In this document: positions 46,404 through 57,623 of the stretch, in pieces
How the letters are laid out: every line of letters begins with the position of its first letter
How positions within the stretch are numbered: position 1 is the stretch's first letter
DNA from: Azolla caroliniana
Lineage: Eukaryota; Plantae; Polypodiophyta
Direction: 5' to 3'
Assembly (NCBI GenBank): GCA_043228905.1
Contig: JBHGNT010000014.1
Coordinates: 7,936,001 to 8,000,000 of the forward strand
Length of the DNA stretch: 64,000 nt
Program-made: the position numbers and the translations under genes
The notes under the pieces: model-generated
Seen by the model: only the letters and a program-made list of their open reading frames with translations
Database searches by the model: none
Told to the model about the DNA's origin: nothing

Positions 46404-49400
46404 TGTTGAGAGACAAGCTCAACATTGGGTGCGTAAACAGGTACGTAACCCAATACGTAGACTGGGTACGTAAAATCTTATGCAAAATATGGTCGTGGTG
46501 GTGTTTAAACGAAGAGGCCGTTAGAACATTATTCCTCGTAAGGAATAGTTTTGGGAGTTATTGTAGAAGGCTCATTTATGAGCGGTCAAGTACTGGCAAT
46601 ACTTGTGTCAGCCCAATAGTCAGGGCTTGTATATAAGGTGCTTACTGAGCACGAAATATGTAGTACAAAGAACATAGAAAATTATTTGAATATAGTTTTG
46701 TGTTTCTGCTCTCTCTCTCAGTCTCTCCCTCTCTTTCTCTGTGATTTATGTGCTTTACCGAACCGTGTACTCTCTGTGTCCCTACGCATACGCTTCCGCA
46801 CACGTATTCTTTTACATGGTATCAGAGCATGAGGGTTGAGACTCCTCTGCAGCTGCCAGATAAGCTTGTGATAAGACAGAGTTAAGTTGTTCTCGAAAAG
46901 TATAAGACATCAATATGGACTGAGGAATGGGAAGCTCGCTACCGACTGAGAAGCTCGACAGGAGCAACTACACATCTTGGTCATACAAGATGCACCAGTA
47001 CCTGCTTGGTCATGGCTATTGGAGTTATGTCGATGGACCTAATGATGCAGCACCCGAATCAACACAGAAAGACTTTTCGGCTTGGGAACAAGCGGCATGA
47101 AGAGTTCTTTACTGCTTTGTGTCCTGTGTGAGCGACCAGCTTTTGAGCTACATTCGGGATGCTAAGACGCCAAAGGATGCGTGGGCGAATTTCAAGAGGA
47201 TTTTCGCTGCTATCACAACGGCCCGGAAGTTGCAGATCAGGCAAGAGCTCAGCAATGTCCGACAGAAAGTTCTGTTTGTGACCGATTACACAGCCCGAAT
47301 CTAGGAGATCTGTGACTCTCTCGCCTCCGTCAACGTGAATGTTGAGGAGGACGAAATGGTGCAGGTGTGTCTTGGTGGGTTAGCGACAAAGTTCGGGGCG
47401 TTCCAAACGGCGGTCTGCACAATGGAAATTACACCTTTGTTCTTCGAGCTTCAGTTGATGTTGCTCGTAGAGGAAAATCACGCGAGCGCATCAACGAGTA
47501 CGCACACTGACAACAAGATGTTGTACACGGAGGAAGATAGGCCCCATAGTCGTGGTGGACGAGGCGAATTGGCGCGCAATGGAGGTGGCCGAAAAGAGCA
47601 AAACGTGCAGCATAATCGAAATGCCGAAAGCAATTCCGAACTCTCCGGAAGTAGGGGGAGTCATAGCGGCACCGGAAGTCGACAAGAGAAGGTCATAACG
47701 GAATGTTGATACTGTGGTAAGAAAGGCCACAGGGACAGCGACTGCTAGAAGAAGAGAGCCAATTCGGACAAAGCCGAATCAAGCAAAAGAGACGCATGAA
47801 GGCATCAGAAATCGCACTCCGCCGAGGGCTCCAAACAAGCTGAAAATGGATCAAGCCCAACCTTTGTAATGAACCACAAGGCCAATTCAATGGCCGTGAA
47901 CACCTCAAAATCAAGCGAGGTGTGGTATGTTGATTCCAGAGCTTCAAATCATATGATGAGTCATGAGGAATGGTTCTCGTACTTGGAGAAACCAGAAAAA
48001 TGAGTGGTCGAAATGGGAGACGACACTCCGCATACCATCGAACATGTCGGAGAAGTTCCTCTTAGCCACGTCGGACATAAAGGGAAACTTATAAACGTGT
48101 TGCATGTTCCGACAATAACCAAGAACCCGGTATCTGTCGGACAAATCGTCTACCAGGGGTTGTAGGTTCGATTCACACACCTTGGGTGCTACATCGAAGA
48201 TGAAGGTCAAGTTATCGTGCAAGGATGTTCATCTTCAACACCAATCAAGCTGGAACCGCATTGTTCGCGAAAGGACAGAAGGTTGAGTCGGACATCAATC
48301 TGTGGCACAAGCGGTTCGGCCACGTTAACTTCCCACGGCTTCATGAAATGCAAACAAAGAACATTGTTTTCAGATTGCCGAAATTTCGGGGCCGTAATGG
48401 CCAAGTCTGCGAAGCCTGCCAACTCGGGAAGCAACACCGACTTCCATTCCCCAATGAGCGTAATTGTAGTCAAAATCCACTAGATTTAACCCATTCTAAT
48501 GTGTGGGGACCGATACAAAACGTGAGTCTTGGTGGAAGCCGTTACTTTGTAACCTTCATCAATGACTTCACTCGGCATACTTGAGCGTGCTTGATCGCGA
48601 AAAAGAGCGAAGTTGTCACATGGTTCCTGAAGGTGAAGAGCCTTGCGGAAAGGGAAACTGGACGAAAGATCAAGTGCCTACAGTCTAATGGCGGCAAGGA
48701 GTACTTCTCCAACCAGTTCACGAGTTAGCTACAGAAGGAAGGAATTTGACGCAAAATCTTGTGTAGATATACACCGAAGCAGAATGGCGTAGTTGAGTGG
48801 AAGAACCGAACAATCGAAGAACCTGCCAGGGAAATGCTTGAAGAGAAGAATATGCCAATGTTTTACAGGGCTGAAGTCGTAAGGACAGCGGTTTACTTAC
48901 AGAATCGGACCTCTGCTAATGGAGGAGTGTCGCCACAAGAGTTGTATTATGGCAAAATGCCAAACATGGCACAAGGATTTCCAGCGGCATTACATATGTG
49001 CATGTGCCAAAGGAGAAACAGAGGAAGCTGGATGCCAAAGCTGAGAAGTGTATCTTGGTCGGCTATTCAGACGAACAAAAGGGGTATAAGTGCTATAACC
49101 CCCGAACGAAGGAAGTTCACGTAAGCTGAGATGTCATGTTCGACGAATCCGCTTCGTGGTACTTCCCTCCACCTCCAATACCTCATGATTCCATTCCAAA
49201 TTCTGAAGAAGAAGTTAGTGAGGCTGAGATGCCTCTGCGTGATGACGATATCATAGCTCTAACAGAGAGTCCGATCTCATTTCGGCTAAGTGGGTCGAAT
49301 GAGGGGTTCAGCCGAGACGGCCAACCAAAGGAAGAGTCGGCGAGTAGTGGATACTCGACTGTGTTATCCCCGTGTAAAGAATCAAGGAGATGGTTTACAC

Positions 49401-52143
49401 ATAAAGAAAAAGGGAAAAAGAAAATATCGGAATATGATTTCAGCAATGTTGAGTCAGATCAGAGGGAATCTGACTTCGGGCCAATAAAAAAGGAACCTCC
49501 ACGGAAGAGGTCGAAATCGACCGAAAGGGTCGTGAAATCAGGTAATCATGAATTACGCCGATCTACCCGCCGGAAGAACCCCATAAAGAGGTACGGGTAT
49601 AATGAGTACATGGCACATCATTCTACGTACATGATATGCGTGGCGGAAGTGCGTGAGCCGGAGAGCTACGCAGATGCGATAAAAGACGCAAATCGGCGTG
49701 CCGCAATGGAGGAAGAGATGTGCACTTTAACGGACAATGAGACTTGGGATCTGGTTGATGCACCGAAGGGTGTAAAGTCGATCGGATGTAGATGAGTGTA
49801 TAAGGTGAAATACAACACCGACCGCTACGCCAACTGATATAAGGCACGTTTAGTTGCGAAAAGCTATGCATAGAAGCACGACATAGATTATGACTAGACC
49901 TTTGCCCGAGTCGTGAAGATGACTACTACACGAGTTCTGCTAGCCGTACCAACCGTGAAGGGGTGGCATTTACATCAGATGGATGTAAAAAATGTGTTCC
50001 TGCAAGGCGATCTTGAGGAACAGGTGTACATGGTACAACCCCTCGGATTTCTATCCGAACAGAACACCTCGGCAGTCTACTGATTGAAGAAGGCATTATA
50101 CGGCCTTAAGCAAGCCCCACGAGCTTGGAACGTGAATATTACACAACAATTGCGTAGAATGGGATTTACGACGTCCAAATCGAACTCTTCGTTATTCGTT
50201 CGGCATGGTCGACATGGACCGGTTTGTCTTTTACTTTATGTTGATAATTTAGTCATCGTCGGTGCCGACCTGGAAGAAATCAGCCATGTAAAGTCTCCGC
50301 TTGCAGCATCATTCGAAATGAAGGATCTTGGAGACCTTCATTACTTCCTCGAGATCGAAGTGATCCATTCCCCCGAAGGCATATTGATCAGCCAGCGTCA
50401 TTATGCATTGAATATGCTCTTCAAATTCGGCATGGCAGATTGTAAGCCCATCTCAACCCCCCTAGATAGAAACGTAAAGCTTCGCCAAGATTCGGGAAAG
50501 GCATCCGACCCGGCATGGTTTCGACAGATTGTCAGAAGCCTCATCTACTTGACGATCACTCAACTAGACCTCATCTATCCGATCGGAATGATCAGTCAAT
50601 TTATGTCGCAGCCCATGATCGAACACCTTCAATGCGCGCAAAGGATATTACAATATGTCAGTGGCATGAAAGACATGACGTTGTTGTATCGTGTAGGCAT
50701 AGCCGAATAGTTAGTCAACTACACGAATGCCGATTGGGCCAGAAATGCCCATGATCGTCGATCCACATTTGGGTACGCATTCTCATTGGGAAGTGCAGCA
50801 ATCGCATGGAGCAGTAAGAAGTAGCCGACAATAGCGCTATCGAGCACAGAGGCCGAATATCGAGGGGTGATTGTCGCTACATGCGAAGTCATCTCGCTGA
50901 AACAACTATTACGGGATCTGCATGTGGAGGTGTCCGATCCAATGATGATCTATTGCGACAACCTCAACAACATCCACCTTGCGAAGAACCTTGTGTTCCA
51001 CGCGCGGACCAAGCACATTGAGGTGCATTATCATTTCGTCTGCTAGCGTGTCCTTTCTGGTGAAGTTGAACTAGCGTATGTTCCGACGAGTCGACAGATT
51101 GCCGACATCTTCACCAAGCCCCTTGGTCTCAACAAGTTACAACATTTCTCGAGTGAGTTGGGGTTGCGTCACCTCGACACGCCGAACTTGAGAGGGAGAC
51201 AAGAGCAGGAACATGAGCATGAAAGGAGTGGTAGTGACCACGATACCGAATCGGATGAAGAATTCGATTTTGGGCCGGCTGAAGAAGCCGAAGAAGAAGC
51301 AAACAGGGGCCGTAATCGCAAGGAAAAGCCGAAGACAACTGAACAAAAGGGAAATACAACCAAGAAGGGCATAAAGGCCAAGACCAAAATGTGGTCTGAT
51401 GTTGTCAAGGGTCTTAAAACAGAAGACGAATTGGAGAAAGCTAATTCGGGCAAAAGTGGAATTGAATCGGAAGTATCCGATTTAATCGAAATGTTCGATT
51501 CGAGCATTACGAATTGATTAAGGGCCAAGCGCAGGAAAGGGCAGCGAAAGAGGAGCCAACACCATGACAGCAAGGGAGCTGAGAAGGGCCACATGAGTAA
51601 ACAAGCTGATCGGAAGGGTCGAAGAGTGCGGAATCGAACGGGTCGAGGAGTGCGAGCGAGGTGTGAAGCCAGGACATGCCGAAGCGAAGATCCGGAAAAA
51701 TAGATGGAACCTCAAGTTGAGCTTGAGGGGGAGTGTTGAGAGACAAGCTCAACATTGTGTGCATAAACGGGTACGTAACCCAGTACGTAGACTACGTACA
51801 TAAAACCGTACGCAAAATATGGCTATGACGGTGTTTAAACCAAGAGGTCGTTAGAACGTTATTCCTCGTAAGGAATAGTTTTGGGAGTTAGTGTAGAAGG
51901 CTCATTTATGAGCGGTCAAGTACTGGCAGTACTTGTGTCAGCCCAATAGTCAGGGCTTGTATATAAGGTGCTTACTAAGCACAAAATATGCAATACATAG
52001 AACATAGAGAATTATTTGGAATATAGTTTTGTGTTTCTGCTCTCTCTCTCTCTCTCTCTCTTTGTCTGTGATTTCTGCGCTTTACCGAACCGTGTACTCT
52101 CTGTGTCCCTACGCATACGCTTCCGTACACGTATTCTTTTACA
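46404..52143 (+). mobile_element. Ty1/copia element J, full structure, decayed (possibly Bryco/RLC5-like)
   Basis: LTRs 46404-46816 and 51734-52143, perfect TSD TTAAC, PBS TGGTATCAGAGC 46817-46828, PPT GAGGGGGAG. Confidence 0.93.
46927..51710 (+). pseudogene. pol: gag-pol of J with C-terminal extension after RNase H
   Basis: EKLDRSNY.SW, WYVDS.AS, WHKRFGH, C..C, KQAPRAW, LYVD, LSSTEAEY, ADIFTKPL; many stops. Confidence 0.9.
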
Positions 52144-54068
52144 TTAACAAAGACACGATGATCGACTTGTGTCTTGTTGAAACCGTGATCCACCATGAAG
52201 GATTTGAACTTTCAGTACCATTGCCGGGGAGCTTGCTTCAGTCCGTACAAGCTCTTTCTTAGTCGGCATACCAAGTTCTCCTTTCATTTATCCACGAATT
52301 CCTCTTGTTGTTGTATGTAGATCTCTTCCTCTAGATCTCCATGCATAAAGGCAGTTTTAACATGTAACTGCTCAACTTCTAAATCCATGTTGGTTGTTAT
52401 CCTCACCACCGTCCGAATCAACGTCATGTTGACAACCGAGTCAAATATTTCGTCGAAATCTACACCATTCTTCTGTTGAAAGCCTTTCATCACTATTCGG
52501 ACTTTGTATATGGGTGAAATCCACCTTTCTCTTGGCTTCAATTTGTATACCCACTTGTTCTGAAGTGCCTTCTTTCCTTTCGGCGGCTTGGTCAATTCAT
52601 ACGTGTGGTTCTCATGCAAGGAATACATCTCATCTTGCATGGCAGTCAACCACTTTCGGTTGTGGGTATCGTTCTTAGCGTCCTCAAAGCTTTCCGGATC
52701 CCCCTCATTGGTTAGTAGCCCATATTCTTTATCGGAAATCTCCAAGGGGCTTTCTCTCTCATAGGGTATCTTCGGCCTTCGTTCGCAGCAATGGACTCTT
52801 GTGTGATTTCTTCAGTTGGCTCTTCATTCGAGTTGGATTCGATTCCTTGTTTGGCTAATTGATCCCTTTGTTCTTCAGTTGTCTCTCGACTTTGCCGATT
52901 ATCTACTCAGCCGACTGGTTCGTCAATGATTTCGATCGAATCGACTGATATTCGATTCGGCTGATCATCAACTCAGCTCAAATCGGCAACTAGAGGCCTA
53001 TTTTCCATATCCCAATCGTCTATTGTCTTCTCTTCCATAATGACAATATCTTGGCTCTGGATTATTTTCTTCTTGACTAAGTTCCATAGCCGATAGCAGA
53101 ATTCATCATTGCCATATCCGAAAAATATGCATGGCCGAGATTTTGGAATTAATTTTCCCCTCTAGTCCTTAGCCACATGCACATAGGCAATACAGGCGAA
53201 CACCCTCAGATGTTGGTACGAGACATCTTTACCAGTCCAAACCTTTTGTGGAACATCTCCGCCCAATGGTGTTGAGGGTGATTTATTTATCACGTATACA
53301 CTTCTGACATCAACGCCTCAGCCTAGAACGTCTTGGACAACTTGGCATGTGCTAGCATGCTTCAGACCCTCTCCATGATGGTCCAGTTCATCCTCTTGGC
53401 CAGCTCGTTGAGTTGTGGCGTTTTCGGTATTGTGTACTCGAGCCGAATTCCCTTCGATCGGTAGTACTCTTCGAATTGACCACGGTATTCACTGCCATTG
53501 TCCGCTCGGATTGCTTTCAATTTTCGACCAGTCTCCCTCTCGGCTCTCGCTTGGAACTCCTTGAAGATGGATAACACCTGGTCCCTCGTCTTCAATACAG
53601 AATCCTACTACTTCTGACTATACTCATCAATGAAGGTCACAAAATATTGTGACTTAGTGTCTACGTAGCATACGTCGGTATGCCCGACTTCTAGTAGCAT
53701 TGTCTTGCTTGTCGAGGGCCTAGTTCGGAAAGAGGTTCTATTCTGCTTGCCGGCCAATTAGTCGGTGTTGTCAGGGACGAGGCCATGGACAAGTAGACGA
53801 GGCTAAATACTAAGAGAGAGAGAGAGAGAGAGCATAGATAAGAGAGCAAGAAAGAGAGAGAGAAAATAAGCAAGAGGGCGAGAACTGAATTATGCTTCCG
53901 TAACTAGTTTTGTTCGACTTGATTGTAATCAAGGTGCACTCGAGTATTTATACAAGAATGTGGAGATATGCATGTAATCTATGAAACATCTAGAAAGTGC
54001 ATGGAAACCAATCAACAATTACTAGCAACGTGTCATGGCCACCGACCAGAGGGAGGTCGGTTATAAAG

Positions 54069-54699
54069 TGTTGGGAGACAGGTCCCTCCGGATGGGAAGG
54101 GAGAAGAACAATGCTGATGAGCAAACTCGGATGAGGAGTACCTGGCTTCGAAGAGCCGGATGGTGCAGACCCGGTGAGAACCGGATGAGGAGTACCCGGC
54201 TACGGAGAGCCGGATGGTGCAAACCCGGTGAGGAGTGCTCACCGGATGAAGAGACATATTCGTAAATATGTTTCTGAGAGTCCATCATGGCTATATTTGT
54301 AAATAGCCGAAAAGTCATATTAGTATAAATATGATTTAGGGCAAACTTTTAGAGTGTGGTTGTCATTCTTGTTGGCGGAAGAGATCAGAGCGCGTAACTG
54401 TGTACAGAGAGAGAAAGAGAGAGGAAGAGGTCATTGCCTCTGTTGTAACCGCCACCTGTGGCGAAGATAGAAAGCTCGAGGTTGTTGCCTCGGTGCTTTA
54501 CTATTGTACACTGTAACATAGTGATAGTTTGCAACCTGTGGGCTGTCGTGGTTTTTTACCTAGTTTGGGTTTTCCACATAAACATCCTGTGTACTCTTCT
54601 CTTCACTGTGTCGTGCATTCATTCCTGTTTTTTTTTGTGTTTGATTCTAAGCTCGGTTATGGCCGAGCATTGCGCATAAGGAGCGTTTAGTTCCCGTCA
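54069..54699 (+). mobile_element. Solo LTR, Tork-like H family
   Basis: TGTTGG...CGTCA, TSD TAAAG (one extra T on the right), shares TTAGTATAAATATGA with the H LTRs; host SMDF|ITDLP rejoins. Confidence 0.82.
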
Positions 54700-55329
54700 T
54701 TAAAGTCCATGGATAGAGAGGCCCATGGTCAACATGGAATTAGGAGTGGGTGGAGAAGACTGTATGGCCTATGGTGAGCCGTTTTGGACCAAGTGCATAC
54801 ATCACATGTCTTGATAAATTCCTTGACAAATTTACAATGTTGGGGCCACCAAAACCGCTGAGATATATGGCGAAACTGATATATATGGCATTGTGAGTGG
54901 AGAATTGTGGGAGGAAGACGGAAAGCCTCGAGTCCCATGTTCCTCCTGTCGAAGCTCAAAAAGACAATTATCACATTGAGCGGCTTGGGAGATTACCTGA
55001 AACAACGATGTGGCTCCAGATAGTTTAAGAGAAGAGTCTTGACATCATTTCGGATGCCTCGATGAAACTGGTTGCATAAGGCTTGGTCATCCCAGCTGAC
55101 ATCGCACGCGATCTGACAAAACTCTAAAGCATCAACGGAAGCTGGACGAGAGCCTTGTTGTAAGGAATAGAGCTTCGTGAGTGCCGGTTTTTCTCAAGCT
55201 CCGCAAGAAAGGCAGGAAAGTTGTCTAAGAGTGTGGATGAGGTCCCGATCAAAGGTGCAAACCATGCTTGTGCTAGCCTAGAGAAGGGTTCCAATGAGGC
55301 CGACTCGAGAGAAATCGCTAGCATAACGT

Positions 55330-56191
55330 TGTCGCGGTATTCCATGAGTACGTGTAGGATCCAAGGCGGGACTGCGGGGATCTTGGACTAGGGAGTAGAG
55401 GGTACCGCAAGACTGACTCCCTCCGTGACCGGCCGCACTAGAGTAGCACAAAACCGGAACATTACCGGTTGGGTACAAGAGGCTACTGAACAGAAGGGAG
55501 GGCGAGATGGATAGAGAGAGAGAAAGAGCGCACTCAACACCGGCCCAACTCACACCCTTATGTACAAAAACGAAAGAAAGAAAACACTAAAGACACCCAT
55601 ACAGACACCGAATGCAGAACCCTGCACATGTAAATTTACAAGAACAAGATACAATACTAGCTTCGAGCCGGACCTAGGAAGCTCAGGATACAACAATTAC
55701 CTACTGCCAAGCCGCCGGTCAGGGAGCTCTCGGGCTCGTCGCACCGAACGGGGTCTTGCATAGGAGACAAGGGCCGAAACAGAACCGCCAGATGCCAGGA
55801 CTCGCTCACACAAAACGACGAAGAAGAAGCAGAACTAGATGAAACCCTAGGCAAGAGAAAATCAAGAGAAAATCAAGAGAAAATCAAGAGAAAATAAGAG
55901 AAAGAAACTAACTTAATTCAAACCTAACGGTATACCCTCCTAACTCAAAATGGGCAACCCTTTTACAAGGGACCCTCCTTTCCTTTTATACCACAAGAAG
56001 GGAGGTGCGTAACAATATGGGATAAATCCCGATTTAGATGGGATTCCCTGTCCCGACTTGACTCCTACTCAGCGCCATAAAGGCACCCCTATTATTCACG
56101 CATCTTTTACAAGGGTAAGTGCACATGATGCACTCCGCCGATTCTTCCAATATTCCCCGGTTTCTCACCATGGCCCGGAATCTTCACGACA
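55330..56191 (-). mobile_element. Solo LTR, TGTCG-ended gypsy lineage
   Basis: TGTCGCG...CACGACA, perfect TSD ACGT, GGCGGGAC motif as in the B/D LTRs; internal AAGAGAAAATC x4. Confidence 0.87.
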
Positions 56192-56497
56192 ACGTTGGGG
56201 TTGTTCGCAGATGATAAGCTGAATTTGATTAAGGAAGCCGCAAAGATGTGCCCTTGAGCCATTGAATTTGTCAGGTAGGCTGACACTAGGTTCAAGGACA
56301 TATGAATGGGAAGAGCAAGGGGTTGGGCTAGGTGTTGACGAAGGGTGAGGCTCGACGAGTGGTGGGTTGTTGGATGTGCCATTTTGAAGCTCTTGTAATG
56401 ATTGATGAAGGCTTTCATTTTCTAGTTGAAGTTGTTCCAAGTCTGCCATTACTTGGTTTAAGTTGTTGACCGAGTCGCACATGGTAACAAGAACAAG

Positions 56498-56510
56498 AAG
56501 GTGAACAAAC
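56498..56510 (-). promoter_or_regulatory. Self-priming PBS of F
   Basis: Minus GTTTGTTCACCTT is complementary to AAGGTGAACAA (56670-56660), 32 nt after TATAAATA. Confidence 0.7.
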
Positions 56511-56863
56511 TGTCACGGACGAGGCCATAGACAATTAGACAAGGCTAAATACTAAGAGAGAGGGAGAGAGAGAGAGAGAGAGCATAGACAAGAGAGCAAG
56601 AAAGAGAGAAAGAAAATAGACAAGAGGGAGAGAACTCAATTATGCTTCCATAACCGGTGTTGTTCACCTTGATTGTAATCAAGGTGCACCCAAGTATTTA
56701 TACAATAATGTGGAGATATGCATGTAAGCTAGGAAACATCGAGAGAGTGAAAGGAAACTTCTAGAGAGTGCATGAAGATCCATTTTCTAGAAATTTCTTG
56801 AAAGTTCTAGTGATTAACCTACAATGCAATAAGTTGAATCTTATACAATACAATAATGCATAG

Positions 56864-56935
56864 ATGGATGTAGCTCAGTTGGTGATGTTGCCGAATAAGA
56901 CAAGGAGGTCATGGGTTCAACCCCCTACATTCCAT
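56864..56935 (+). other. tRNA-derived module in the F 5' LTR
   Basis: GGATG-TAGCTCAGTTGGT ... GAGGTCATGGGTTCAACCCC-TACATTCC, partial acceptor stem GGATG/CATTC. Confidence 0.75.
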
Positions 56936-57623
56936 TGTGTCCATGACACGTTCATTTCTCGAATTGCATGTTCTTCACCTCCGGAATGAGTTTATCATCA
57001 GCGAGTCTCCACATCCCTTTCTTCTCTCTCATGTGGCACAACCTCTTGTGCCACAGTTCACCAGTAGTGTCATCTACCACATTCACTTCCTCCCGACATA
57101 TTCAGGCATCCATTAAATACAGCCATAATTAGCATCCCTTTGCAGAACTTTATGGCGCCGTGATTGATGCTACTTGTGTAGCCTTCGTCATCCATCCAAT
57201 TAGCTAAAATCAGATTCAATCGAACTTCGGGAACGTTTCGAACATCCTTCAGCACTAGTCGATGCCCAGTCAATGTCATCAAACACACATCTCCTATGCC
57301 AAAAATTTGGCATGCTCCTTCATTTCCCATCTTTACAAGACTGTGGTCTCCGGCCTTGTACAATGAGAAGCACTTTCGGTCGGGGGTTAGGTGAAATGAC
57401 ACACCCGAATCGACCACCCATGTTGATTCTTCCTTGGCGAGATTGACTTCATTTTGTTCACTAATAAATAACATTTCCTCTTCACTCATGAAGATTGTTG
57501 AGGTGTTCTTTCTGTCGAAAATCGTACTCGACCACAACCAAGTTTCACAGTACAAATGGAAGATTAAACAGAAAGTAACAATATAGTTCACAAGGTAAAA
57601 GAGCCGACACCTGATGTTAACGA

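Larger units (their letters stand above)
53769..56948 (-). mobile_element. Deleted Tcn1-like chromovirus F (E-family LTRs) carrying two solo LTRs
   Basis: 5' LTR 56511-56948; partial 3' LTR 53769-~54009; gag (EPSVSLPDKFNG, AQAWFAPL) joined to an integrase fragment ([15 protein letters not shown]); no clean TSD. Confidence 0.8.

Noticed and set aside
51158-51517. env-like extra gene in copia J/K
   Set aside because: Continuous with RNase H, hydrophilic, with no signal peptide or transmembrane segment
56864-56935. Functional tRNA genes (here and at the other tRNA-like sites)
   Set aside because: Anticodon and/or acceptor stems are broken and every copy sits within LTR-derived sequence; reported as tRNA-derived modules instead
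53764-56953. TSD for element F
   Set aside because: Flanks GGTGT and CGTTC do not match; boundaries rest on the LTR termini and the rejoining host frame only
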